A stretch of 63,732 nt of DNA, the filler included, from Chrysochromulina tobinii (lineage: Eukaryota), in the NCBI GenBank assembly GCA_001275005.1. It is 5 parts of 5 records of this genome, joined end to end, with 100 filler letters (N's around TTAATTAATTAA, not from the genome) between each part and the next. Parts side by side here need not be neighbours in the genome. Positions count along the whole stretch, not along the records: positions 1 to 22,066 come from JWZX01001139.1; 4 more parts are not named here. One strand, given 5' to 3'. The notes below the pieces were generated by a model. The model ran no database searches. It was given only the letters and a program-made list of their open reading frames with translations, and was not told the DNA's origin. The position numbers and the translations under genes were made by a program. Shown here piece after piece: positions 1 to 11,418 of the stretch; the first letter of the stretch is position 1; each line of letters opens with the position of its first letter.

Positions 1-3000
1 GGGGCGGGGGCGAGGGCGGCGGCGGTCTGGGAGTTGGAGGTGAAAATCCACCTACGGGCGCGGGCGGGAGTGGCGGCGGTGTCGAAGGCGGTGGAGGAGA
101 TGGAGACGGAGGTGGCGGCGAGGGTGATGGCGGCGGTGGCGAGGGCGAGGGCGGCGGAGATGGAGGTGGCGGCGAGGGCGGCGGCGGACGAGGCGGTGAG
201 GAAGGCGGCGATGGAAGCGATGGCGGAGGGTCACCCGATGCACCGTGCTTGATCACGCGCACCATCGAGACGCACAGAGGCTGCGGAAGGCCCGATAGGT
301 CGAACGCTCGCACTTCGAAGTCAAAGGAGCGATTCGAGCCCAACGGCCGTACCGGTAGCTGCGAGGCCACAAATGTGACCGTCTTGAGCTGACCGTCGCC
401 CACTGTGCGGATCGGGAAGCCGACGAGCGTGGGCGCGCCACCCGCGGCGGCGGTGTGTGCCTGGGTGAGGCGAACTGAGCCGACAAGGACATCGAAGAAG
501 CTCACCTTGACGACAGCGCCCCGCAGCGGGCGCGGGGGGGAGAAGACGAAGGCACGGTCGAGTGTAAACCCGATGACTCCACGCGGCGCCGTTCGCGCGA
601 TCCAATCGTAGGGCGCGCCGCCGGCGGTACCCACGCCATCGGTGCCCCAAAAGGGCACCGAATTGCCTGAAGGCGTCTGCGTGATGCGCGCGTCGCGAAA
701 GGTGACTACGCCGTCGATCACAGTGGGGGGCTGATCGCGCTGGTACAGCCAACGCTCCATGTTTGCCACCGCACCCGCTCGTCTCAGATGCTCTAGCCAC
801 TCAAAATGCGTCGAGGCGAGGAAGCAAAAGGCGTCCGGCGCGTCCGCGACGGTGCGTCCGAGCTCGAGCGCCACATAGGCAAAGATGGAGGGGTTGACAA
901 TGGTGGCCGAGGCGAGGAGGTAGTTGACGCGCATCTGGAGCACGCGCATCGAGCTCATCAAGTACCGGTAAGGGAACGAAGCGATCGAGCCCCAGCGTGC
1001 GGTGCCGTTGAGGATGGGCGCCGTAGCGTTCCATGCGCCCCCGCGCTCTGCTGGCGAGTGCGTCATCCATTCGCTCGACCATTGTCCCTCATACTCTTCA
1101 TTCTCTTCGCCCAGCATCCCACCGCCCATATGGACGCCCGCCGTCTCGTTGAAGATGACGTACTCGTTCGCCCAGAAGCTCTCGAACGACTGGCTGCTGA
1201 ACAGGTGCGGCAGCTGATACCAGTAATGCTCGACGAAGCCGTTGCGAAAGCCAAAGCCGAGGGAGAGCCCATAGCGCGACTCGCCGCCCATGAGCACTTT
1301 AGACTCGACAGCCGCGCAGACATTCTTCCAAGCGTCGAGGCGCTGACGCACGTGAGGATAGACCAGAGTTCCGTTGATGGCATACGACGCGGGATCGTAG
1401 TTCGGGTCGTAGATCGGGTACGTCGGCCCCTTGGGCCCAATGTACTCATCGCCGTACGAAGAGGATGCGTAGCCCGCGTACATCACGACGACGGTGTCAT
1501 TCTGGCAGAGGCGGGTGGCTTGGAGCGCAGAAAGGAACGCAAGGTACCGTGAGTGGAAGTACGGATGAGCTGGGTCGTACGAGCCGCCCTCCTCAGAATT
1601 CTCAGTGTAGCGCGTGGTGAGGTTCCGACCCGCCAGGTAGGTCGGTGCGGACGGGATGTGTGAAGTCAGGATGCGCAGCTCCACCTTCCAGCCGCGCCGC
1701 GCGGCCTCGGCGACATTCGCATGGATCGGCGCGAAGTTGTACACCCCCTCGGCCGGCTCCAGCTGCTTCCACATAGCCCACATCGCGAAGACAGGCGTCA
1801 CAGTGAAGGGCATCGTGGTCGTGGGCGGGAGGGCCATGGCCGATGGGCCGCCAAAGGGCATTTCGCTGTCGGGCCACTGGCTGTTCCACGTCTTGGGTGG
1901 CATGGGCACGTAGCCAAAGCAGCGCTGCATCGCGACTAGTCCCAAAGGCGACGGCGCCATGTCGGGCGGCAGGCCCCAGTCGTAGCCGCGTACCTAATGA
2001 GGGAGGCAATCATCCTAATGAGGGGGCCATCGTCCTAATGAGGGGGGGCATAGGCCCCAATCGTAGCCTCGTACCGTCGTGTTCGGCGTGTCGTGCCACT
2101 GGTCGGGGACCACATTGGCATACGTCTGCGCCGCCTCGATGGCCGTGCAGCCATCGAAGGCGGATGCTTGGGCAAGCTGATCGTGACGCCCATGGCACGA
2201 AAAGTTGCCAAACCAGGCTGTTGGCCAAACCTCGTCTCCCGGATTGACCAGCAGAGTGTGCGGCGGCCACAATGGCGGCGGCGCCGGCGGCGACGGCGGC
2301 GGCGGCGGCGGAGCGGGCACCTGCTTTGCCCACGTCACGCCGCCCATCCAGTTGCCGTTGCCCACCCACATTGACATGCGCGGACACGTACCAAACGGCT
2401 GGCTATACGAGTATGAGTAAGACATCAGGTGGCACTCTCCGTTCCAGTACCCAAAGAAGGCGTAGGAACACGTGGCAGACGTGCGGCATGCCTCGCGGCA
2501 CAGCCACGGGTTCGGCGTCCCCGCTCGCGGCGTTTGACCCCGAAGGACGCCCGAGCCACCCGTGCTCGTCTGCGCGCCGCTGGGAAGAAAGTAGACGGTG
2601 ACGTGCGTGCCCGCTCCCGTGTGCGAGCCGGGCCAGTCGCACATACAGACGTTTACACCGTTGGGGCCGCAGGTCGCACCGCCGTTGTACGCCGGGAAGC
2701 CGTCTACTGTGCTCGCGACGCGGCCAGTCGGGGTACAGCCCGCAGCGCAGCCCGTCGCACTGGTAAGGATGCTCATCGTGAACTCCTGGGGGGGCATCGG
2801 GGGCGGCGGCGAGGGAGGCGGTGGCGTGGGCGGCGGCATGGGTACGTTCTTGACGAAGGTGATGCCCCCCTGCATCCCGCTGCCCGTCTGTGAGCCCACC
2901 CAATGACTCGCGCGCGGGCACGAGCCACCTCCCGCGATGTATGACACGTCCCACGAGAACAGGTGACAGAAGCCCGACCAATAGCCAAAGAATGCAAAGT

Positions 3001-3475
3001 TGCAGCCGCCCAAGCCGAAGCTGCCCGCGGTGCGGCAGGCCTCGCGGCAGCGCGTCGGATCCGCCGTGTTCTTCAGGAGGCGGTTGGTCACGTCGGCTGT
3101 GGTGCATGCGCTGTAGCCCCACGATGCCGCGTTTGGCGAGTCGGAGCACGCCCCTGTCGCGGTGAAGTAGACGGTGATCTGCTGCCCGCCCTGCTGCATC
3201 GAATTGGAGGCGCTCGGGTACTTTGGGGCACCGTTCACCCACGTTCCGGGCCAATCGCACGAGCAGATGTTGATGCCGCCGCTGCAGCTGGAGCCACCCG
3301 TGTACGAGCTAACAGCTGGCTGGAAAGAGGCTGCAGCCACCTGCGCGCCGACGACGGTAGAAGCCGTCGAGCAGCCGGATGGACAGCCCGTGTTGTCGGT
3401 GAGGACGCCGATGGTCACCTGAACCGTCTGCGCCGTGGCGAGGCGGAGAAGGCCCGCGAGCAAGGGGAGCAGCAT
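1..3475 (-). CDS. Secreted multidomain protein: signal peptide, two Cys-rich PAN/Apple-like repeats, PPSPP linkers and a clan GH-A-like glycoside hydrolase domain; 2 exons (3475-2075, 1993-<1), runs off the window start
   Basis: ORF 2015-3475 starts MLLPLLAGLLRLATAQ and has two CREACRT..C..AFFGYW.G.CHL repeats. Removing GT-AG intron 1994-2074 continues in frame (VRGYDWGLPPD...WKQLEPAEGVYNF...RNGFVEHYW...GEENEEY...MERWLYQRD). WxxLEPxxGxYxF is typical of GH42/GH35-like enzymes. The second exon has no stop that I found before base 1, which would explain its absence from the ORF track. Confidence 0.7.
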
Positions 3476-3646
3476 CCCTCTGCTGACCCCTGTGGATCCC
3501 TCTGCTCGTGGTGCTGCATCCGAAGAGCTGTGCCCTTCCTCGTGAAGCGAAGCCTTTTTCTACTACCGGGTACTTGTACACGGTATTGCGTGTGACACTT
3601 CTCCGAAAATTCACGCGTTATTTCCCAAGTTTCGTCACACGCTCGC

Positions 3647-6516
3647 ATGGCCATGCTCGCGTCTGTCACGGCCGCCCTTGGCGTTGGCCAGATGAACCCC
3701 ATCCCTGGCGGCTACCGAATCGGCAACGCCCTTCCCGGCTACGAAAGCAAGCAGTGGTCGTTCCGCGGCTCATTCTTCGAGGTCAGGACGGCCGAGATGG
3801 AAACGCGATACTCCGAAGTATTCTGGACCTCGCTGCCGGACGTGCCGCTGCCCGCGGACATTGTCGCCAAGTTCAAGGACAAGAATATTGTCATCTCTGG
3901 GTTCGAGGTAGACGTTAAGCGCATGAACAACAAGACGGGCGTGGAGGAGTCGGTGCCCGTTTTTGAGAGCTATAATCACCACTATGGGCCGGCGCTCGTG
4001 TCGTCGTATGCTGAGATGGATCGGGATGAATTCGGCCAGCCCACAGGCCCAAACCACGGGCATGGCAAGTCCATTCTGTTTCGTGTCAAGCCCGGGGCTA
4101 CCCCCCCACCCGACGCCAAACTCGTCGAGAACTTTGTGCACGGCAACGGGAACGAGCACCGCCAGATGTACCACGGCACCTCGGCAGGGTTCGGCCAGCT
4201 CATCTACTCGCCGGCGAACTTCTCGATGGTCGCGATGCAGATCAACACCAACTTCAACGGCTCGGGCATCCCCGGCGGCCCCCTGCCCCAATTCTCCCGG
4301 GAGCACGCGCCACCTGCTACCAAGTGGAATCCACTCTTTGAATGCCCTTGCACCTCGCGCATCTCGAAGCAGCTCGGCAGCTTGAGCTCGCAGCTCGGCG
4401 GCTCGTGCGCCAAGCTGCCCTATGCCGCGGCCGATTGCTTTGCCGGCGCAGCCCAGGCTTTTGGCGAGGCGACCCTCACCAAGAATGTCAGCGTCTCGTC
4501 TGCGGAGCTGTCGCCTGGATGCACGGTTGCGCGCGTGGCGGAGGGCAGCGACGACCTCGCGGTGACTTGGAATCAGAATCTGAAGTCAACGGTGCCTTGC
4601 AGCGGCCGCGGCGGCGGCGCTGTGACGAGCGCCGCGGGCCACACCAAGGACCTCGTGGACATGCGCGTCGAGGTCGACGCCATCGCAGCTTTGGTGACGA
4701 TCACATTGGCCGGCCCTTCGGCGGTGTGGTTTGGCGTCGGGTTCAACGCGTCGGCCATGCAAGACGAGCCGTACGCGATCATAGTAGAGGCGACGGACTC
4801 CGAGCCTCACATATCGGGCACCGTCTCTGAGCGCAAGCTCGCCGACCATGCGCCTGGGACTGCCCTGCCCCCCTCCATCAAGCTCATTAGCAGCTCGGTG
4901 AGCTCGGGAGTGAGGACATTGATTACCTCGGATGGCCTCTGTGATTGCCTCGGACTGCCACTGAGTGCGTCGGATGACCACTTGTGGCGTCTGATTGCAG
5001 GTGAGCTCTGGAGTGAGGACTGTGCTTCTCCAGCGCGAGCTTCGCGGCGCATCCCCGGACTATTACAGCTTCTCTCTCGCGAGCGCGACGATCCCGTTCA
5101 TCAACGCTGTGGGGAGCACGCCCAGCTTCCAGCAGCACAAGCAGCGCAACACCGCCACGCTTCGGCTCGTACCAACTTCGCCCGCACACCCAAGCTGCCT
5201 CTGCGCGGGAGCCGAAGGAACCATCGACGGCTACCACCTGAACGCGAACTGCGTCGGGGAGCCTCTGAGTGACCTCCTCTTGACCAACAACCCGACCTGC
5301 CAGGTGAGTACGTACGTCGGAGGCCTCGCATGCTGCCGCCACGGCACCTTCCTCCTCGATGCTGAGCAGGCTGTGCCGGAGTACGTCGACCGCACCTTCT
5401 TCCGCTTCCGATTCTACTACGAGGAGCTCCAGGTGCGATTGCCACTGATTGCCATTGATTGCCATTGCTTGCCATTGATTGCCATTGATTGCCATTGATT
5501 GCCATTGATTGCCATTGATTGCCATGGATTGCCATGGATTGCCATGGATTGCCATTGATTGCCATTGATTGCCATTGATTGCCATTGATTGCCATGGATT
5601 GCCATTGATTGCCATTGATTGCCATTGATTGCCATTGATTGCCATTGATTGCCATTGATTGCCATTGATTGCCATTGATTGCCATTGATTGCCATCAGAG
5701 CTCCAGGTGAGATTGCCACGGTTTGCGTCTGATGGCCACAAATTGCCACTGAGTGCCACTGAGTGCCACTGATTGCGTCGGATTGCCACAAATTGCCACT
5801 GAGAGCCGCCACGTGCATGCAGCCCACCACGCGCCCTATCTACCATGTCGAGTGGGCGGCCAACGGCTGCGACAGCGGCATCACAGGGCCCTCTTCCTTT
5901 CATTGCACGCACATCGAGTTCGACGTGATGCCGAATGCGAGCAGCACGACGTTCCAGCAGTCGTTCCAATCCACCTTTGCCGCGGGCATGATGCTTGCGG
6001 ACTCGTGCCCGATGACATCGTCGCAGTGCATGGATCGCTCTAAGGTGGGGCCTGGCGGCATCGAGCTGGTGATGGCGGCCGCTCACTGCCACGCGCCCAA
6101 CTGCATCCGTCAGGTGCGTATGACTGATGGCCACTGATGGCCACTGATGGCCACTGATGACTGATGACCATGAGCAGAGATGACTGATCGCCACTAATCG
6201 CCGTTGGTGGCCACTGATGGCCGCTAGTTGCATTGGCCACTGATGGCCGCTGATTGCATGCATGCAGGAGCTTTGGAATGTGGACACCAACGAGCTGCTC
6301 TGCGCGGGCGTACCGGTACATGGCGCGAGCGAGCAGCTGTACGACGAGGAGGGATACCTGTTCTCGCCACCCTGCCTGTGGGGAACCGACGAGGGCCTCA
6401 AGGCGCCGCCCAAGCTCGCGCTCAACACGACGCTGCGTATGGTAACCATCTTCGACAACCATTACTACCACGCTGGCCAGATGGGCATCTGGCAGATGAA
6501 GGCCGCGTTCGCTTGA
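3647..6516 (+). CDS. SURNod19-like / copper monooxygenase-like protein with an internal DOMON-like domain; 4 exons (introns 4898-5000, 5433-5822, 6114-6267)
   Basis: IVISGFEVDV...VPVFESYNHHY and GNGNEHR resemble SURNod19. VTITLAGPSAVWFGVGF is DOMON-like. C-terminal AAHCHAP...HAGQMG is an HxH...M copper-site pattern. Removing the three GT-AG introns joins the ORF fragments in frame. Confidence 0.65.
5437..5695 (+). repeat. Intronic decamer array (GATTGCCATT)n, ~25 units
   Basis: Directly visible tandem array inside intron 5433-5822. Confidence 0.95.
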
Positions 6517-7017
6517 GTCCGCGCGCGCAAACTCAGACTTTCAGTTTGTCGAACGAGGACCCGCGAGAGATTTTCAACCTTACATGAGTGAGGGGGGATC
6601 GCCACAGGCTCGGGTTCCGCGGCGTTGACTCCGTTTAACTCTCTCCCTGACTCCCAGGGGGGTCTGCTACCGTTCTCCGCCGTCGCTCTAAGTTACGCTC
6701 AAAATTTGTGCCTCGCGGTGAGTGCACGCGCGGCCCGCCACTATGTTGAAACATCATAGGTGGGTAACTATCGTAAGTGTTGAAACCGCCTCCGCCTCCG
6801 CACACACCGCCAAGCGCGCCCGGCCCCCCTCGCCCTCCAGAAGGTCGGGAAGGTCGCAAAATCTCGCGCAGCCCCGCAGCACTGAGCACACACGACACGC
6901 TCCTACTGAGACAGTCCCACACACGAAATCGCATCAGACGAGGCGCTCTTCTGGTCCGTGACAGGATGACTGAAGCTGGGCAGAATTGTGCAACGGGGCC
7001 TTCTTGATTTGGGTGCC

Positions 7018-7857
7018 TCAAGCGAGCGGACCGTGTGCTGGCCGGAGCTCAACGATGCGACGTTTCTCCTTGAGCTCATGGTACATGAGGCAGAAGGTGC
7101 AGGGGGCGGTGCACGGGCAGCACATCTGCCAGAAGGGGTCGTCGCACGGCCCCGGCGACGCCGACGACTTATTCAGAGCGACTGCGGTTGCCTTAAGCAT
7201 GTTGGCGTCGTAGATGCACCACGTCTTATCGGGGCAGGTGACCATGCCGATGCACAGGCCGATGGGGATGCCTGACACTTGCAGATACGTCAGTAGGTTC
7301 TGGATCTGCGAGGGGCAGTTGAAGAAGTTGGGCGCCGGCTGACGCTCCCTCGTGCCCACCATGACTTGATCGCCGATCATGTCCCCCATATCGCAGACGG
7401 CGCAGCAGTGGCAGAAGGTGACGTAGAGGCAGCCGGGAAGAGGTTGAGATAAGCAGCTGTACGTCTCGCCCCACGACTCGCTGCCGTTGCCGGCCTGAAT
7501 GCTGGACAGCTGCCGTGGCGCATTCATTATGGCGTTTTGGGCGTAGTTTTGAACGTAGTAGGAGTTGCTCACGGGAACGGCCATCACGATCGCGGGAGAA
7601 TGCTGGGCACCCTTCAAGATCTGGATGTCGTCCATCACGGCCGGCACCGGAGCGGCGCTGCTGATGGGGGCACCGAATGCTATGCCCGGCTGGGCGTGCA
7701 CAACTGGCGGGGCTGGGTTCACGTGGAAAAGCTGGCCGGGCCGGAGGCCGGCGGGGACCGTGACATTCATGAACTGCCCGTCGACTTCGACGGTCAGCTG
7801 ATTCCCACCGTAGACGCCCTGGGGGACAATGACCTGGATCAAGCCATGATCTGCCAT
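7018..7857 (-). CDS. PLAC8/Cys-rich membrane-associated protein
   Basis: Single ORF with CLYVTFCHCCAVCD and MCCPCTAPCTFCLMYHELK, a PLAC8-like pattern; start uncertain (7857 or 7899). Confidence 0.55.
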   Translation of the reverse strand: MADHGLIQVIVPQGVYGGNQLTVEVDGQFMNVTVPAGLRPGQLFHVNPAPPVVHAQPGIAFGAPISSAAPVPAVMDDIQILKGAQHSPAIVMAVPVSNSYYVQNYAQNAIMNAPRQLSSIQAGNGSESWGETYSCLSQPLPGCLYVTFCHCCAVCDMGDMIGDQVMVGTRERQPAPNFFNCPSQIQNLLTYLQVSGIPIGLCIGMVTCPDKTWCIYDANMLKATAVALNKSSASPGPCDDPFWQMCCPCTAPCTFCLMYHELKEKRRIVELRPAHGPLA

Positions 7858-8026
7858 GGTGCACCGCCTCTGCAACTCATGCGCCACTATCTGCGCCACT
7901 GCGTGAATTAGAATCGGCGTGAATGCACCACGGGCACCTCACAACAACCCCGACTCTTCCACCCAAGCATGAACCGAGCACTCCTGGCCCTGAGAAGGGA
8001 CTACGGTAGACGTGAAAAATCAGCCG

Positions 8027-9517
8027 ATGCAAGTGGGGCTTCTCTTCCTCGCCGGACTCGCCGCGACGGGTCACTACGCTTGCGATCGCGACCTTGTCAC
8101 CATAGAAGGCATCGCAGCCGCAGCGAAGAGCAGCCTCTCAGACCGCTACACGGTCTACAGCGGTTCGCTCGTAGCTGTGCCAACCTCCACAGGCGGCGCA
8201 GTCAATCCATCCTCACGATATTTTTCGGTACATGTGGACCGGGCGAGCTTCCCCGACGGCCTGTGCGCGCTCGTCGACAAAGTGGCTCAGGGAAACTGCG
8301 TCCAGCACCCAGCGCTGTGCAATGTGAGCCTTTGCAACGCCGCTTACACTCTTGCGCCGACGGACGCACTCGTGTGGCTCGGTTGCACCCCACCACCGTC
8401 CATCTACTTCAGCTGGCAGAGCTACGTGCTCATCCGACTGCGTCCAAAGGCATTCGTTCCGTGGGCAGAGTATGGCGACACGCTCAATCACGTGGTGCTC
8501 AACACGTCGGCGCGTCGACCGTGGAATAGCACCTCCGCCATCATCGTGAGTGCCGACGTGCGCACAATCCAGCAGACGAGCGCCGCTCTTGTGGCCGCCG
8601 GCCTTGAGTCGTCGGCGCACAATTTCGACGTGATCAATGCCTCGCTGCTGCATCTGGAGCGTCCGCACGTGCCGGGCCTCGTCGACCGGCCCGATTTTCT
8701 TCAGACGTTCGTGCGCGTCGCTGAGCCCGCCTCCGCCGAGCAGCTCACCGAGTACCTCAACGTCAGCTGGCCGGTACTGCTGCTTCGTGCCCGAGAGGAG
8801 GCTGCCTTTGAGCAGCACGCCGTTCCTCCGCTGCGGAATCTCAAGACGGGCGTCAATGAGTCGGCGCTCGCGCCGCCGCTTGCGCAGCTCAGAGAGGCCG
8901 TGCTCGCCCACTATGGCGCGCGTAACCGCTCCCTGCTGAGTGCGGAGCCGGTGCAGCAATACCATCTGGACGCTGACCTGAGCGACGACCTGCGATGCCT
9001 CGTCGACCCGTCGTTTGATCCGGAGCCACTGCCCCTCGACCCGAACGCGACGACGAACCGAACAGGCTGCGGCGCCGCGACGCGCGACTGCCTCTACACC
9101 GGGGTCATGGCGCCGTCGACTTTGTTCCTCACCTCAGGGCGCGTGCTCGTGCTCCTGGGCGTCAACCATCGGCGCACCCGCAAGAGCGCCTACGGCAACC
9201 TGATGCTCTCGGCGTACGTCGGCGCCAAGTTCACAGACTACAAGTACTCGGTCACCATCAACGAGACTGACATGCAAGGCTCAGCACACCAGTACGTGCC
9301 CGAGCTCCCGGATGATGTGACCCAGAACCTCTTCGCCGTCAGCTTTGCACGCGACTGCTCGGAGCTGGGCGTCAGCGCGTGCAAGGTGGTGGGCGAGGCG
9401 GTCATCGGCTCGAGCGAGCGCCTCGCAGTGCTCGGGCGCGATTACCTCGACGTGCTCTCGGCCGCACACCCCGACTTTGGTGAGATGGAGCCCTCGCAGC
9501 TGTTGATACTGGGGTAG
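8027..9517 (+). CDS. Secreted hypothetical protein
   Basis: ~500 aa intronless ORF with a hydrophobic signal-like N-terminus (MQVGLLFLAGLAA) and protein-like composition. Confidence 0.6.
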   Translation: MQVGLLFLAGLAATGHYACDRDLVTIEGIAAAAKSSLSDRYTVYSGSLVAVPTSTGGAVNPSSRYFSVHVDRASFPDGLCALVDKVAQGNCVQHPALCNVSLCNAAYTLAPTDALVWLGCTPPPSIYFSWQSYVLIRLRPKAFVPWAEYGDTLNHVVLNTSARRPWNSTSAIIVSADVRTIQQTSAALVAAGLESSAHNFDVINASLLHLERPHVPGLVDRPDFLQTFVRVAEPASAEQLTEYLNVSWPVLLLRAREEAAFEQHAVPPLRNLKTGVNESALAPPLAQLREAVLAHYGARNRSLLSAEPVQQYHLDADLSDDLRCLVDPSFDPEPLPLDPNATTNRTGCGAATRDCLYTGVMAPSTLFLTSGRVLVLLGVNHRRTRKSAYGNLMLSAYVGAKFTDYKYSVTINETDMQGSAHQYVPELPDDVTQNLFAVSFARDCSELGVSACKVVGEAVIGSSERLAVLGRDYLDVLSAAHPDFGEMEPSQLLILG

Positions 9518-9814
9518 AACTTGCGCGAGTAGTTTGTGCTTACCGGGCTGGCCTCGCCTGTTGGCCAGGGGGCGCTGGAGGCTCAACGTAACGTTACAAA
9601 ACGTTAACAATCTCCCTACCAAATCCAATCTGATCGTAACACGCCAACACAATGACAATCGAAATTCTATTTCCAATTTCGCGCCGGGGCCGGGGAGAAG
9701 GTAGCCGACGCGAGCCGCTGGCCCGTCCGGCTAGCCGGCCCCCACAAGCAACAGTACAGCGTATGCACGTCCACACGGTTGGAGTTGCACGACCGCATCC
9801 ACTGTGGCCAACCG

Positions 9815-11230
9815 CTATTCACTTCGACTTGTTGAGCAGCCCGGCTCTGCAATGGCTAGGAGTGGGAGGGCGGGCGCTCCTTCAGCACGGCGGCGACCGC
9901 CCTCGAGAGCTTCGCCTGCTCCCGGCGGGCCTGGATCGCACAAGATCGCCTCACTTCGCGCCCGCAGTGCCTCGAGATTCGCGAGCTCGCGAGGTGGCGG
10001 CGGCGCCGACGAGCCAAGCAGCTTGGAGACGACGCCGTGGCGTACAGCCCACTCTCGTGCGAGTAGCGAGACGCGGTGAGCGCTTCCCCAGGCGAGGATG
10101 ACGCCAGAGCCGCAGTGGCCGTAATTGTGCAGCGTGTCGAACCCAGTGTCGAACCCAGTGACCAGCCCGGGCTGCTCGTCAGTGTCGGCAGCAGGCTCGA
10201 TCTCTAAGCGGATGCCATCGCGCCGTCCTGGGCGTAACCCTGCCCACCGCCCGATCACCGGCGCATCGCGAAGGCAAGGGAAGCTATGGCGGCACTTTGT
10301 GAGGAGTTCCTCATGCATCTCATCGGTCGGTGTGGGGTCGTCGTTGCCGACTTGAGCAAGCCCAGCGACAGCCACGACGCCGTCTGCTTGAGGGACAACA
10401 TATGTGAGGCCGAAGGGCGAGTCGGAGTCGTCCATGACGTCTGTCACGTGTGGCGCCTGCAGGTATGCGAGCTGACCTTTGACTGGGAACATCGTCTTGT
10501 CTCCGAACACCGTTGACGAGCCGAGCCCAAGGCAATTGATGACCAGCAGCTGGCGGAGGCTGCGAGCTTCCATCGGCCCGTCGCCGACTCCTAGACCGAG
10601 CGCGGCTGCCACGCTGCCAATATCCTGGCGCGATCGGATCGTGTGCCCTAGATGGAGCTGAACGCCAGCATCGATGCAGGCCGACTGCAGCCACTCAAGG
10701 TAACGACGCATGTAGAGAATCGGCGCGCGATGCCAGTGGCCTCCGACAAGATCTCGACTGTACGCGGGCAATACCTCTGGTGTGAAGTCGGCAATCAGCT
10801 CGAGCCGAGACCACGGAGGGTCGGACGTATCGCTCGGTGGATGCCGCCAAGCGTAGCCGGACCGAAGAAGGCGGACACCTGTGGCGCTCTCGGCGCGTGC
10901 CAGCTCATTGAGGAAGACGCGTGAAGAGAGGGCCAGGCGGCATGCCAGCTCCTCCGGCAGCACATGGAAGGGAGGGTACTCCCAAATGGCACCAGCTCCA
11001 ATGGAGACTGTCTCGTCGTACCCATCTCTGGAAACTATGTGTGGCTCGAAGCCGTCAAGTGCAAGCATCAGCGCCGATGTCAGTCCGTTGACCCCTGCGC
11101 CGAGCACGAGCACTTTTAGGCGGTCGCGCTCTTCCGGTGAAGCCATGTGAGCAACCCTCGGGGCATTTGGGGCGCGAGGAATCGCTGGAGGCCTGTCGGG
11201 ACCCGATGCGCCAGAACTGGGGTCCCACAT
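9815..11230 (-). CDS. FAD-dependent D-amino-acid oxidase family protein
   Basis: VLVLGAGVNGLTSA dinucleotide-binding motif, INCLGLGS, PVKGQ, GLRP, HNYGHCGSG. Confidence 0.85.
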   Translation of the reverse strand: MWDPSSGASGPDRPPAIPRAPNAPRVAHMASPEERDRLKVLVLGAGVNGLTSALMLALDGFEPHIVSRDGYDETVSIGAGAIWEYPPFHVLPEELACRLALSSRVFLNELARAESATGVRLLRSGYAWRHPPSDTSDPPWSRLELIADFTPEVLPAYSRDLVGGHWHRAPILYMRRYLEWLQSACIDAGVQLHLGHTIRSRQDIGSVAAALGLGVGDGPMEARSLRQLLVINCLGLGSSTVFGDKTMFPVKGQLAYLQAPHVTDVMDDSDSPFGLTYVVPQADGVVAVAGLAQVGNDDPTPTDEMHEELLTKCRHSFPCLRDAPVIGRWAGLRPGRRDGIRLEIEPAADTDEQPGLVTGFDTGFDTLHNYGHCGSGVILAWGSAHRVSLLAREWAVRHGVVSKLLGSSAPPPPRELANLEALRARSEAILCDPGPPGAGEALEGGRRRAEGAPALPLLAIAEPGCSTSRSE

Positions 11231-11418
11231 GGACTCACAGATGCAGACACCCTTCTGGTTCTTTTGACTTCACTTGACTTGATTCCCACGACTCAGATGT
11301 TAGCGTTTCGTCAACAAGTCAACTACAAGTACCGTAACCCCAATGCATCCAAGGTCTGTCTACCGTGTCCGGCACCCGCGCGCCCTGCAGCGCCCGTACG
11401 GCGATACAGGTGAAATGA

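Noticed and set aside
5101..5830. ORFs of MAINGNQWQS / EAIRGNQRQS repeats (also ~48750 and ~52660-52960)
   Set aside because: Translations of intronic filler repeats, mostly antisense; not proteins.
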